From Chthonomonadaceae bacterium (lineage in GTDB: Bacteria; Armatimonadota; Chthonomonadetes; Chthonomonadales; Chthonomonadaceae), in assembly GCA_035650735.1 (NCBI GenBank), contig DASRGZ010000052.1, positions 1-48,121 of the forward strand: DNA of 48,121 bases. Direction: 5' to 3'. Both the position numbers and the translations under genes were made by a program. The stretch's first letter is position 1, and each line of letters starts with the position of its first letter. Of the stretch, positions 18,532 through 28,668 are shown piece by piece. The notes under the pieces are model-generated. The model made no database searches. It was not told the DNA's origin and was given only the letters and a program-made list of their open reading frames with translations.

Positions 18532-20349
18532 TCATCTCCTTTCCAGGCGGTAGATCGTAATATCCGAGTCGTCGTCGAGGGAACGGTAGGGCCAGTAAGC
18601 GTAGCGTCCTGGAAATACTTTGACCGTCTGTTTGGCCGCATGTTCTATAAAGGCGGGCAGGTCGGAGGGCGGCACGCCGGGATTTTCTTGTCGCCCCATG
18701 TCCACGACGAACAGCGTCTTGCTGGATTTGAGCAGGGCGCGCAGTTTTGCCGCGTTGGCGGGGTGCTCTACCGTGAGGCCATAGCGGTCCAGGAATTCGC
18801 CGCCCGCGCCGACGCTGACGATAGCGCGCCCTGACGTGGACTGCCCCAGCAGCCATTGCGCCGCGCCCTCATAGCCCTGCCTGGGCAGCAGGAGCACCTG
18901 CCATAGCCCCGAGAGGGTCAGCATGACAAACCCGGCTGCGCCCACGCTGAAGGCCAGCGCCTGGTAGACCGCGCGCTCGGGCCGAGGCCCCAACGTCCAG
19001 AGCGCGAGGTGCCAGAGGCCGCAGGCGACGAGCGTCAGGAAGGCCGGAAGCAGAAAGCTGAAGTTGGCCAGCGTGGCCAGGCGGAGCTGGAGGATCTCTG
19101 CAAGCAGCGGCGGCACGACCAGCATCAGCGGCAGATAGAGCGCCGACGAGGAGACGTTTCTGACCAGATGCCGGATGCCCAGCAGGATCAGGATCAGGCT
19201 GGCGATCCAGAACACCGTCCACAGCGCGCCCTGCGGCACGCCGCCCCAGCTCTGAAGCAGCGGAACCACGATCGCGTGCGCGCGCAGCGCTGTCTCGGGG
19301 ACGACAGCCAGCGTGCCTGGCTTTGGCGCGGCAGGCCATAGGCTCAGGTACCCGCTGAGCGCCAGGGGCATCCACACAATCGTCAGCGTAATCGCCTGCT
19401 CGACGAGCGCGCGGGCGCGCGGCGGATCCAGCAGCGAGCGGTAGACCCAGACGGCCAGCGCGATAATGAAAATCAGGTTGACGACCAGGACAAAGACGAA
19501 GTAGGGATGGGCCAGGACGCCCAGGACAGCGCAGGCCAGCCACCACATCCAGGCCGCCGCCGAGCTGGTGCGCAGCGCCGGGGTGAGCCAGTAGGACAGG
19601 ACGATGGCGAAGAACAGCAGCGCGGAAGAGCCGTGCGCCTGTGTGGAGAGATCAATGGCCGCCGGAGACAGCGCCAACAGCGCCGCCGCCCCAACCGCCG
19701 CCATGCGCTCCATGTGCCGCCGCGCCGCCGCATACAGCGCCCACGCCGCAAAAACGCCGAAGAGAAAGGCAGGCAAGCGCACGATCCAGGCGGGCGGCAG
19801 CTCTGCCCTGGCGCCGGCGAGCGCCGTATGCGCCCGCAGGCACAGACTCACCAGCCAGGTATTCAGGGGAGGGCTGAAGCCCGGAGAAGCTGGCGCAGGA
19901 CCGCCGTTCAGGGCCGCAATAAACTGCAATTCGCGGGCCGATAGGCTTTGCAGTAATGGGGCCAGCCGCAGGATCGCGGCCAGCAGCGCCATGCAGAGGC
20001 CGAGCAGGAAATCCATCTGGCGAAGCGCCAATTCGCTTGCGTCCGGCATTTCCCGCGCATCGCGCTCCCCGGGCGCCGGCGCCAACGCCACGATCCCGGC
20101 GGTGCGCCGCCAGAAGGTATAGCGCGCCTGAGCGATAAACAGCCCGGCGCCCGCCACCACCAGCGCCACCGAGATCGCCAGCCCATTGCGCGCCCAGCCG
20201 CCTGCCGCTCCCTGCGCGCCCAGCGCCGTGCCGATCCCCAGGCTGAGCGCGGCCACCAGGCAGGCCAGGCCCCACCAGACAAAGGCGGAGGCGGGGGCCT
20301 GCGTCACCGGCGGCGTCGGAGGAATAAATTCGGGCGGCGGCTCAGCCAT
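18532..20349 (-). CDS. Polytopic membrane protein, GT-C (PMT/ArnT-like) glycosyltransferase superfamily
   Basis: Many TM helices; RLPAFLFG, LLALSP..S, LGVLAHPYF patterns. Confidence 0.65.
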   Translation of the reverse strand: MAEPPPEFIPPTPPVTQAPASAFVWWGLACLVAALSLGIGTALGAQGAAGGWARNGLAISVALVVAGAGLFIAQARYTFWRRTAGIVALAPAPGERDAREMPDASELALRQMDFLLGLCMALLAAILRLAPLLQSLSARELQFIAALNGGPAPASPGFSPPLNTWLVSLCLRAHTALAGARAELPPAWIVRLPAFLFGVFAAWALYAAARRHMERMAAVGAAALLALSPAAIDLSTQAHGSSALLFFAIVLSYWLTPALRTSSAAAWMWWLACAVLGVLAHPYFVFVLVVNLIFIIALAVWVYRSLLDPPRARALVEQAITLTIVWMPLALSGYLSLWPAAPKPGTLAVVPETALRAHAIVVPLLQSWGGVPQGALWTVFWIASLILILLGIRHLVRNVSSSALYLPLMLVVPPLLAEILQLRLATLANFSFLLPAFLTLVACGLWHLALWTLGPRPERAVYQALAFSVGAAGFVMLTLSGLWQVLLLPRQGYEGAAQWLLGQSTSGRAIVSVGAGGEFLDRYGLTVEHPANAAKLRALLKSSKTLFVVDMGRQENPGVPPSDLPAFIEHAAKQTVKVFPGRYAYWPYRSLDDDSDITIYRLERR

Positions 20350-20350
20350 C

Positions 20351-21703
20351 CTATCGGACAAGGCGGGGAGCCTCCCAGTCTAAGGGCGAGGTCGGCTGGA
20401 GTGTCAGCGAATAGAAGTCGCCGCCCGTGCCGTCGGTGGGGTTGGCGCCGCGCGCCAGGGCCAGGGTCATCGCGCCGTGGGGCGAGGCCAGCAGATTGGC
20501 GACCTGTACGGTGCTCATCTCGCTCACCGGCTGGCCGTTGATCGCCACCAGCACGTCGCCGGGATGCACGCCGGAGGTGTCCGCCGGGGAATACCGGGCG
20601 ACCTTCTCAACGGAGACCGTTTTGCCGTCCGTGCGGATAGAGAGGCCCAGCGCCGGTTTTTCGGCCTCATCCGGCTCCTCTTTGGTCGTGATGCGCTCCA
20701 GCCAGAGCTTGCGGCGCAGGTAGTCCAGCGTGACCCGGTAGTTTTGCAGGAAGCGGTTGCCGATGATGCCCGATTGTCCATAGGTGCCCGCGTTGCGGAA
20801 GTCCACCTGAATAACGCGATTGGAAAGGTTGATCTCGCCCAGCATGAGGAAGGGAGCGCGGATTTTGGCGGTGCGAAACCGATGACTGACGCTGTAGGAG
20901 GTAGAGTAGAGGCGCGGCGTCGTCTGGCGGAACAGGCCCGCTTCCTGCGCGGCGGCCAGCGCTACGCTCACATAGCCGCCAAAGCCGGTATCCAGCAGGA
21001 ATTCGTAGTCGTAGCTGCCGTGGAGCTTGCCAGTGACATGCACCAGGCTTCGATGCCCCTTTTCGGTGGACGCGATCAGGTCAAACAGGAAATCGCGGCG
21101 GTTGTCCGGCTGGCGCTGGGAGACGCTGTAATAGCGTGGGTGGTAGAAGCGCAGGCGGCGCTGCTGGTAGTCTATCTCGACGACGTACCCGGCCATGAAC
21201 GACAGGCCGACCACGCCATCTACCTTGCGGCCCAGCACCTGCGACATTTGCGACAGGTCCATCAGCAGCGCCGGGATGTTATGGGCGCGAACGTCGCCCT
21301 CCTTCCCGCCCAGCCGCAGGTTATCCAGCCAGACGGTTTCCCCCGGCGCGTCCCCTTCGGCCTCATGGATGACGCTATCGCCCAGGTGGTAGCTGACCAG
21401 GCCGAGGCTTTTATCCAGGACGGGCGAGGTAGCGCCGGTATCGAAGAGGAGCGTGAGGTCTTTTTTGGTATCGGCATCCCCGCGCACGAGTATCTGGTGA
21501 TTGAAGTATTCAAACGGCACTTCGACGGCGTCGCGGTCTATCTGGTACTCGGTGACGAAGGGCGCCTGTGCCTGCTGTGCCCACGCCGCCGGCCCACCGC
21601 CCACCAGTAGCCCTAGCATCCAGAGCGCCATCCCTACCGCGCAGAACAGCCGCCGCTCAAGACGCCTGCAAGCCCTGACGCCGCCTTGATATTGCCCTTG
21701 CAT
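20351..21703 (-). CDS. Secreted tandem retropepsin-like aspartyl protease + PDZ domain
   Basis: LLFDTGA and FLLDTGF motifs, DGVVG/GIIG, C-terminal SPAD..GVHPGDVLVAING. Confidence 0.88.
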   Translation of the reverse strand: MQGQYQGGVRACRRLERRLFCAVGMALWMLGLLVGGGPAAWAQQAQAPFVTEYQIDRDAVEVPFEYFNHQILVRGDADTKKDLTLLFDTGATSPVLDKSLGLVSYHLGDSVIHEAEGDAPGETVWLDNLRLGGKEGDVRAHNIPALLMDLSQMSQVLGRKVDGVVGLSFMAGYVVEIDYQQRRLRFYHPRYYSVSQRQPDNRRDFLFDLIASTEKGHRSLVHVTGKLHGSYDYEFLLDTGFGGYVSVALAAAQEAGLFRQTTPRLYSTSYSVSHRFRTAKIRAPFLMLGEINLSNRVIQVDFRNAGTYGQSGIIGNRFLQNYRVTLDYLRRKLWLERITTKEEPDEAEKPALGLSIRTDGKTVSVEKVARYSPADTSGVHPGDVLVAINGQPVSEMSTVQVANLLASPHGAMTLALARGANPTDGTGGDFYSLTLQPTSPLDWEAPRLVR

Positions 21704-21779
21704 GGCCTTGCTCCTTGCTAAGCTCTCCCCATTCTTTACCTGGCCGGACAACGTGAGCGCTCAATAGCCGAAATGGGTA

Positions 21780-22031
21780 TTATTCGAGATTGGGATACCA
21801 GACGCCCCGGCGTGCGGGAACGCCAATGTTTGGGAGGATATGGTTTGGGTCTAGCGTGGAAACGTCTATATCCTCAACGACCTCATGCATGGACGGCAAA
21901 GCAGAATCGCGAAATACGCGGTCCTGAAGTAAGCGCAGCGCATCGTGATAATCGTAGGCGGTGACGCCGTATCCCAGATGCGCCGAGCCTGCCTGCGTCT
22001 CCTTCAACTTGATCCAGTACCGGTGTAACAT
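21780..22031 (-). CDS. Small hypothetical protein (83 aa)
   Basis: Compact ORF with RYW, GYGVTA, EDIDVSTLD..H..PN.G....GVWYP. Confidence 0.75.
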   Translation of the reverse strand: MLHRYWIKLKETQAGSAHLGYGVTAYDYHDALRLLQDRVFRDSALPSMHEVVEDIDVSTLDPNHILPNIGVPARRGVWYPNLE

Positions 22032-22130
22032 GCTTGCCTTTCAATACGATGAACCGATACGGCCTATATCCCGTTTCCGGACTGAAGAACGGCTTATAGA
22101 GAAACCAATGAAAAGTCGCACCCTGCCCTA

Positions 22131-22308
22131 GCCGGGCACGGAAAGTACCCGGCTCCAGGGCCTACGGCCAAGCGACTGCCAGGGACGCCGCTCAACGGTT
22201 CGCGCCTTTGCCTTGCGACTGGCGGACGCACCTGTCCCGCAGGGTTTTCCGTCCGCAGGACGGTTGGCGGCAAAGCCGCCCTCTAGCCGGGTACTTTCCG
22301 TGCCCGGC
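22131..22308. mobile_element. 178-bp MITE-like element (family A) with perfect 24-bp TIRs
   Basis: gccgggcacggaaagtacccggct / agccgggtactttccgtgcccggc exact inverted repeat; further copies at 1-287. Confidence 0.85.
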
Positions 22309-22355
22309 ATCTCTAGGGCTTAGTACGAGGTCTAACCGGTGCGTCTATGTAGGTA

Positions 22356-22458
22356 ACCCAAGTTGCTACCTAGGAACACGTTTGAGAGAGAATCGCTCTG
22401 GAAACCGGCTTTTGCATCACCGTTTGCCTTCTCGAAGAGGCAAGGTAGCAACTTGAGT
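22356..22458. mobile_element. 103-bp MITE, 16-bp TIRs, TAGGTA target duplication (IS982-like ends)
   Basis: acccaagttgctacct / aggtagcaacttgagt (15/16), flanked by taggta at 22350-22355 and 22459-22464. Confidence 0.8.
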
Positions 22459-22465
22459 TAGGTAT

Positions 22466-23620
22466 TCAGTCTGCTGGAACCGTCCACACAGCGTCTTTAT
22501 AAAGAAAACTCAATCGCTTGCCGCCGGGCAGCCATTGCAGCCGGTACGGTTGAAACCAGCGCAGAAATTCATCCGGCTGAATCTGCATATACCCGACATC
22601 CTGTATATCGTTGCCATCTAACCTGCTGGTACGTAGAACCATAGCTCCTTTGGGCGCTCGGCGCAGCCAGGGAATCCACCGACTCAGAAAGCGCGTCATT
22701 CGGTCTGGCTCTTGCCGAAGATGCAGCAGCCAGGCTAGACGGTCGCCTTGCGGTGATAACGCAACCTCTTCTCCAGCACGCAATGCAACATCCCTATTAT
22801 GCGGAGCCGGGCCTTTGGGCAGTGTGACCGTATATTGCCGCACGTCTTTGATTCCTGCCCCTGGACGGATGCTAAACTCGTAAAAACTGATGCGTCTCTG
22901 CGGCCCTTTGCTTACCGAGGGAGCCGCATAAAACGGCGTTGCCAGAATGCGATCCGGCCCCGTGCTGCCGAGAAGTCGGCTTCCGAGAAAGGCAGACATG
23001 CCCGTGATCCCCTGCGGATAACCAATAGGCACTTTCTGAAGGATACCAGGAACGTTCAGGCTTTCGACCATTGCATAAAGGCCCTGTTGTCCAGCCAATA
23101 GAACGACCCAGTGCCGGCTATCAGGCAGCCACAAAGGATTAACAGAGCCGGAACTCCATTTATCTTCTGGAGAGGGGATGCGCTTGATGACGCGGGAGCC
23201 ATCCAGAAAAGCAGCCTTCATAGTCCCTTTTTCAACGGCTGCTTCACCATTCGTATCGTGCGCTATCTCAGGTTCCCACCCGACTAGCCAATGGCCGTCC
23301 GGCGATAGCGTTATGCTCCACCAATTGCCCCACCAATATCCCTGCAACAATCTTTCGAGGCTGGGCACTCGCCTCTCCGTTCCCGTCTTCGCATCCACAT
23401 AAGCTGCATAAGGCTTCGGGGAACGGTGTAACACCAGAAACGTGCTATCGGAAAGCCAGTGAAGAGAGTCGTCCGCTGCCCTGAGATGGAACGGCACGCG
23501 TGTCGCACGCGCCAGCAGCCGCCCGTCTCGGGATTGGCCCCACCAGAGGAGCGCGGTCAGGCCGCCGCAACAGGCCGTTCCGAGCCAAGCCCACCGCCAC
23601 CTACGCCTCTGTGCCCGCAT
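22466..23620 (-). CDS. Membrane-anchored hypothetical protein, TolB/PD40-like beta-propeller
   Basis: N-terminal TM; LSPDGHWL, WLPDSR, LSPQGDRLAW, WLPGGKRLSF repeats. Confidence 0.75.
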   Translation of the reverse strand: MRAQRRRWRWAWLGTACCGGLTALLWWGQSRDGRLLARATRVPFHLRAADDSLHWLSDSTFLVLHRSPKPYAAYVDAKTGTERRVPSLERLLQGYWWGNWWSITLSPDGHWLVGWEPEIAHDTNGEAAVEKGTMKAAFLDGSRVIKRIPSPEDKWSSGSVNPLWLPDSRHWVVLLAGQQGLYAMVESLNVPGILQKVPIGYPQGITGMSAFLGSRLLGSTGPDRILATPFYAAPSVSKGPQRRISFYEFSIRPGAGIKDVRQYTVTLPKGPAPHNRDVALRAGEEVALSPQGDRLAWLLHLRQEPDRMTRFLSRWIPWLRRAPKGAMVLRTSRLDGNDIQDVGYMQIQPDEFLRWFQPYRLQWLPGGKRLSFLYKDAVWTVPAD

Positions 23621-23670
23621 GATCGTCTCTGCCTCCGCGCGAACGGCAGGCCCTTACCGCGCCCGTCCTG

Positions 23671-24458
<788 letters not shown>

Positions 24459-24462
<4 letters not shown>

Positions 24463-25433
24463 TCCTTCCCCTCCGAAACCTTCACCTGCGCTGCGCCTGC
24501 GTCCGGTTGTGGGGCTTCTATCCAGCGGCGCTCCTCCGTCCCTTGCGCCGGTAGTGCCGCGTCCGGAACGCGCAGCAACTCTTCGGCGGGCACGCTATCA
24601 GGACCGGCTTCCGCAGGCCGTACTAAGGTATTCTCCAAAGGCAGCCCGGAGGCGTCGGAGGCGCGCAGTAACATTCGCCCTTCCGACTCTATGCGCGCCT
24701 CCAATGCCGCCAGGCACTCCTGCGCCGCCTGCTGCATCCGCCACCCCTTCTGCCTGCCATTCGTACGCTTTTTGAGGGCCAGCGAGATAACTGCCATCTG
24801 AGCTACACCCCGCACCGGGGCAAGCGCGCTTTCGTCACCGGTCCGTTCCAAAGCTTTCAGCACGCCAAGCGTCAATTCCACGTCCTTGAACGGCTCTGTC
24901 AGCACATCGAGCAGCGCCTTTTTTTGCTTCGGCGTCCACTCCCTCACATCGGTCTTGCTCAGTTCCGGCAGCAGCCTCTTCAGCGGTTGCGCAATCTGCT
25001 TATCTATGGTCCCATCCTTCGTCTTAATCAGCGTCAGAAAGCTCGGCACTAGGCGCTTATCCTGACTCTCCTGTAGCAGCACTGCCAGATTCCGCCGCGC
25101 TTGCTTCATCAGGGAGGCATTGAGACAGATACCATAGATAAGCAACACAGCGATCTGGGTAAGCCTTACGAAACCCTGCGCCAGGTGAAACGGTTCGAGC
25201 ATACTCGGAACAAGCAGCATAACGATAAAATACAGACCAAGACCGAGCACAGTGAAAATCTTTAAGCGCCTGCGGTACTTCGTTTCCGCCAGGCGCACTA
25301 GTTGCAATAGTGTTTCCGGCGGCAGCGCCCGCGCCTCCTCCATCGCTGCCTGCTCCTCACCCGGCATAAGGCTATTCAGGCCGCGCAGTATTCGGTTCAA
25401 TTGTCTGCGTACTTCTCGGCTCTCTTGTGTCAT
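24459..25433 (-). CDS. Membrane protein with HEAT-like repeats and LLR-repeat tail
   Basis: 2 TM helices; LKRLLP, VLKALERTGDESAL, AAQECL, LLRAS..LVRPA..LLRV; paralog of 30113-30874. Confidence 0.8.
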
Positions 25434-25462
25434 CAGTGTGCGCCCGCAAGAAGCGAGAGACG

Positions 25463-25504
25463 CTCCCCCTCTCCTTGCGAAGGAGAGGGGGCAGGGGGTG
25501 AGGT
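25463..25504. repeat. REP-like family C palindrome
   Basis: ccccctctcctt-gcg-aaggagagggg...gggggtgagg. Confidence 0.75.
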
Positions 25505-27264
25505 CAGGATTCCTGCGCCACCGTCAGGCGAAGCAGTTCTTCTTCCGCCTCGTTCGTCCAGAACTGGCCGTCCTTGAGCCTGGCATAGACGGTCGGGAAC
25601 TTCTCCTTGAGTTCCGAGAGCGGCGTGAGCGGCAGGTTATGGATGTGCGGGAAGATCAGCGTTTTGCCGGGGAACCAGCCCTCCTTGACCGCTTTCAGCC
25701 CTTCCGCCGCCGCCTCCATACCGCCGATGGCCGCCAACGAAGCGTTGGTTGAAAGCTCGTCGCTCTCCACGCGGGCCAGCGTCTCGCGCATATCCGCCAG
25801 CGACGAGCCGCTGCTGCCCAGGAAGCGGTTGCGGCTGCGAATGATCCTGTTGACGTCCAGGCTCGCCATCGTGCCGCGCGCGACCCCGGCGAAGATATTG
25901 AACCATCCACCCTCCGCCAGAAAGTCCGCCGCGTGCTCGATCACGGCGGCGACCGGCACCATCGAGATAATGTCATCGTAGCCGCGCCCTTCACCTAGCC
26001 GATGCAACTCGTGATTGAACTTCTCGTCGCCCAGCTCTTTCGGGTTGAGGGTAATCAGTTCGATCCCGCGCTCCTGAGCCATCTTGCTGAAGCGGTCGGC
26101 CACGCTTTGCAGGCGCATGGCGTCTACATCGGTGGCGACGATGCGGCGCGGGGGCTGACGGTGCTGTACGGCGCGCTGCACGTGCATCTGGCCCATCGGC
26201 CCGCCCGCCCCGATGAACCAGGCCGTGCCGCCCGGCAGCAGGTCGGCGGTACGGACTTCGCGATAGGCGTCGGCGGGACGGTTCGTGTTCGTGCCCAGGT
26301 AGTGATGCCAGTTATAGTGGATGCGCCCGATGTCCAGCGAGAGCTTGCGCGGCACGGGCCGGTCGCAGACCAGGTTCAGAATGCCATGATCGGCGAGCAT
26401 AGTGGCCGCGCCCTCGATTTCCTCCGGCGCCGCGCTGCCCAGGATCAGGATATCGTCGAAGCCCTTGCCCTGCGTCGCTTCGGCCTTGAGCGCCGCCCAA
26501 TCGCCGCTATCCGCCGGCGCGATGGGAATAGAGAGCGCCTGAGCCACGGCGTCCAGTCCCCGGAACGCGCCGCCGGTCGTGTTTCTGAGGAGCATACGCG
26601 CCGGCTTGCGGTCGGGAGCAAACAGGTCGGCCCAATCGTACTCGCGCGCGGCGGCCTCCGGGCTGCCCAGGACGAACATTACCCCGCCGTGCCGGATGCC
26701 GCTGCGGTGCGTCTGCGCGTAGGCAGAGACCACGCACGCCCACGGCTCGGTCAGCGCCGCCTCGACATAGCCGGTATCGGGCCGGATGGGCAGCAGATAG
26801 CATCCCTCGTCGCCCTTGATGACCTCCCTGGGGATGATGCTGTACTCGGCCAGGCCGCCGGGAATCACGTAGCCGTAGGCCATGCTCTGGCCCTTATAGA
26901 ACACGTCCGCCTGCACCACGAACCGATCCCCGACCTTGAAACGGTCCTTGAGGTTCGCGCCCACGCCGACCACCGTACACGCGACCTCGTGGCCGAGCGT
27001 GACGGGATTTTTCGCCAGGTCGCGTCCGGTCATGCGCGGGTGGTTGGGGCCGAGCGCGATGACTTTGGTATCGGAAAAGCACAGGCCGCAGGCGTCCTGC
27101 CGCACCAATAGCTCATCCGGGCCGTACTGGGGCACCTCAACCTCTTCCGGCTGGGAAGACTTGCCCAGGTTCTCCAATCCGGCGCCGTAGAGATGCCAGC
27201 GCAGCATCTTCTTCGGGACGGGAGTTTCGGCACGCTTATAGGTATCTAGTCCAGTCCTACTCAT
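25504..27264 (-). CDS. Zn-dependent MDR dehydrogenase, L-sorbose-1-phosphate reductase-like, elongated (586 aa)
   Basis: CGLCFSD, LGHE, LTEPWACV, GAGGPMG; in operon with srlD-like gene. Confidence 0.8.
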   Translation of the reverse strand: MSRTGLDTYKRAETPVPKKMLRWHLYGAGLENLGKSSQPEEVEVPQYGPDELLVRQDACGLCFSDTKVIALGPNHPRMTGRDLAKNPVTLGHEVACTVVGVGANLKDRFKVGDRFVVQADVFYKGQSMAYGYVIPGGLAEYSIIPREVIKGDEGCYLLPIRPDTGYVEAALTEPWACVVSAYAQTHRSGIRHGGVMFVLGSPEAAAREYDWADLFAPDRKPARMLLRNTTGGAFRGLDAVAQALSIPIAPADSGDWAALKAEATQGKGFDDILILGSAAPEEIEGAATMLADHGILNLVCDRPVPRKLSLDIGRIHYNWHHYLGTNTNRPADAYREVRTADLLPGGTAWFIGAGGPMGQMHVQRAVQHRQPPRRIVATDVDAMRLQSVADRFSKMAQERGIELITLNPKELGDEKFNHELHRLGEGRGYDDIISMVPVAAVIEHAADFLAEGGWFNIFAGVARGTMASLDVNRIIRSRNRFLGSSGSSLADMRETLARVESDELSTNASLAAIGGMEAAAEGLKAVKEGWFPGKTLIFPHIHNLPLTPLSELKEKFPTVYARLKDGQFWTNEAEEELLRLTVAQES

Positions 27265-27701
27265 TGTCCTCTCTCCAAAACAAAAAGCCTCAACAGGATG
27301 AACAGGATTTTGCAGGATTTATCAGGATTACTTTTTTTACGGTACTCTCGGAACTTGCGGCGGACCTCAACGCTCTTGAAGTTGATGAGCAGACCAGAAT
27401 CCATTCCCGTTGCCGTCAGATAGTTTACCAGTTGGATTTCGTGATCGGGCACGAGGGTATGCGCGGCCTTTAGCTCAATGATAAGGCTTTCCTCAACAAG
27501 CAAATCTGCCGTAAACTCCCCGACGACCTGCCCCTCATACTTTACCTGAATGGGCGCTTGCTGCCTCACCTGCAAGCCTGCCTTCTCTAATTCGATCCGC
27601 AGCGCATTCTCGTAAACTTTCTCTACGAAGCCCGCTCCAAGCTTACCATGTACCTTTACGCACAACCAATAATCCTCTGCCGTATCTTCCTCTTCGCTCA
27701 C
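27261..27701 (-). CDS. GxxExxY family (PD-(D/E)XK-like) protein, possibly degenerate
   Basis: GFVEKVY, ADLLVE, IELKA, QLVNYL, GLLINF. Confidence 0.88.
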   Translation of the reverse strand: MSEEEDTAEDYWLCVKVHGKLGAGFVEKVYENALRIELEKAGLQVRQQAPIQVKYEGQVVGEFTADLLVEESLIIELKAAHTLVPDHEIQLVNYLTATGMDSGLLINFKSVEVRRKFREYRKKSNPDKSCKILFILLRLFVLERGQ

Positions 27702-27763
27702 TCTCAGGCTCCTTTATATGTTCAGTAATCCTGTAAATCCTGAGAAATCCTGTTAATCCTGTT
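27292..27763. repeat. ~40-bp inverted arms of ATCCTG-core 9-10-nt repeats bracketing the GxxExxY gene
   Basis: 27292-27331 is the reverse complement of 27725-27763 with 1 indel and 3 mismatches. Confidence 0.9.
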
Positions 27764-27768
27764 AAAAA

Positions 27769-28536
27769 TTATCTCTGGCCTAGCTGGCGCTGGCGGTAGT
27801 GCTCGTCGGGGCGGGTATGGATGCGGTTGACGTTCTCCGGCGTCAGGAAGTTAGGGCCGCCCAGCGCGTAGGTGCCGATCAGGATGCGCGCCGTCTTGAC
27901 GTACATCGCCGTGATCGTCTGAACATCCTTGACCGATTTGCCGACCGCGATAAATCCATGGTTTTGCATTAAGATCGTCTTGGGCCACTCACCGTACTCG
28001 GCGTAAAACTCTTCCACGCGGCACTTAAGATGCCGGGCTAATGGGATACCGGGGTCGGTGTACTCGACATAGCAGGGCGCGACGCCGCAGCAGACGATCT
28101 CATCCGGGAACAGCCGCCCTGCGATGGCCTCCCTGGCGCTGACCGAGCAGAGAATGGCGTTCACGGCGGTCGGGTGCGTGTGGCCGACGAAGTGGACGTT
28201 GGGGAGCGTGAGCAGGTAGGCGTGCAGGAACGTCTCCACCGAGGGCATGACATCCGAGGCATCGTCGGCCTTGCACTCCAGCAGGAGGCGCTTTACCTCC
28301 GCATCGGAGAGGTCCGGCCCTTCCAGAGCGGGCAGCGCGCGCGAAAAGTTGATGGCGCAGAACCCATTGGGGGTAATGGTGCCAAGTTGCTGGCCGCTCG
28401 CCTTGACATAAAACGTCTCGTCATCCACGCGGGCGGAGGTGTTCCCCTCGCCCAGGATCGCCAGATCGCGCGCCGGATCGCCCAGGTAGTGCGAGAGCGC
28501 GGTCAATTGCTCTAGTATCTCTTCCGGTGTGGGCAT
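27769..28536 (-). CDS. Class II aldolase/adducin family protein
   Basis: GEGNTSAR, KASG, PSVET..H, HTHP, MQNHG. Confidence 0.9.
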   Translation of the reverse strand: MPTPEEILEQLTALSHYLGDPARDLAILGEGNTSARVDDETFYVKASGQQLGTITPNGFCAINFSRALPALEGPDLSDAEVKRLLLECKADDASDVMPSVETFLHAYLLTLPNVHFVGHTHPTAVNAILCSVSAREAIAGRLFPDEIVCCGVAPCYVEYTDPGIPLARHLKCRVEEFYAEYGEWPKTILMQNHGFIAVGKSVKDVQTITAMYVKTARILIGTYALGGPNFLTPENVNRIHTRPDEHYRQRQLGQR

Positions 28537-28668
28537 AACACTTTCCTCGTCTTTTAGAATTACACCGTCTCATTTCGCTACGTCAGGTTCGGTCTCCTGC
28601 CGGGGTCGGCTTGCCGCCGGACCGCCGATACCGTTGCCAGAGAGCGCCGTTTTCGCTATAATGGGGAT

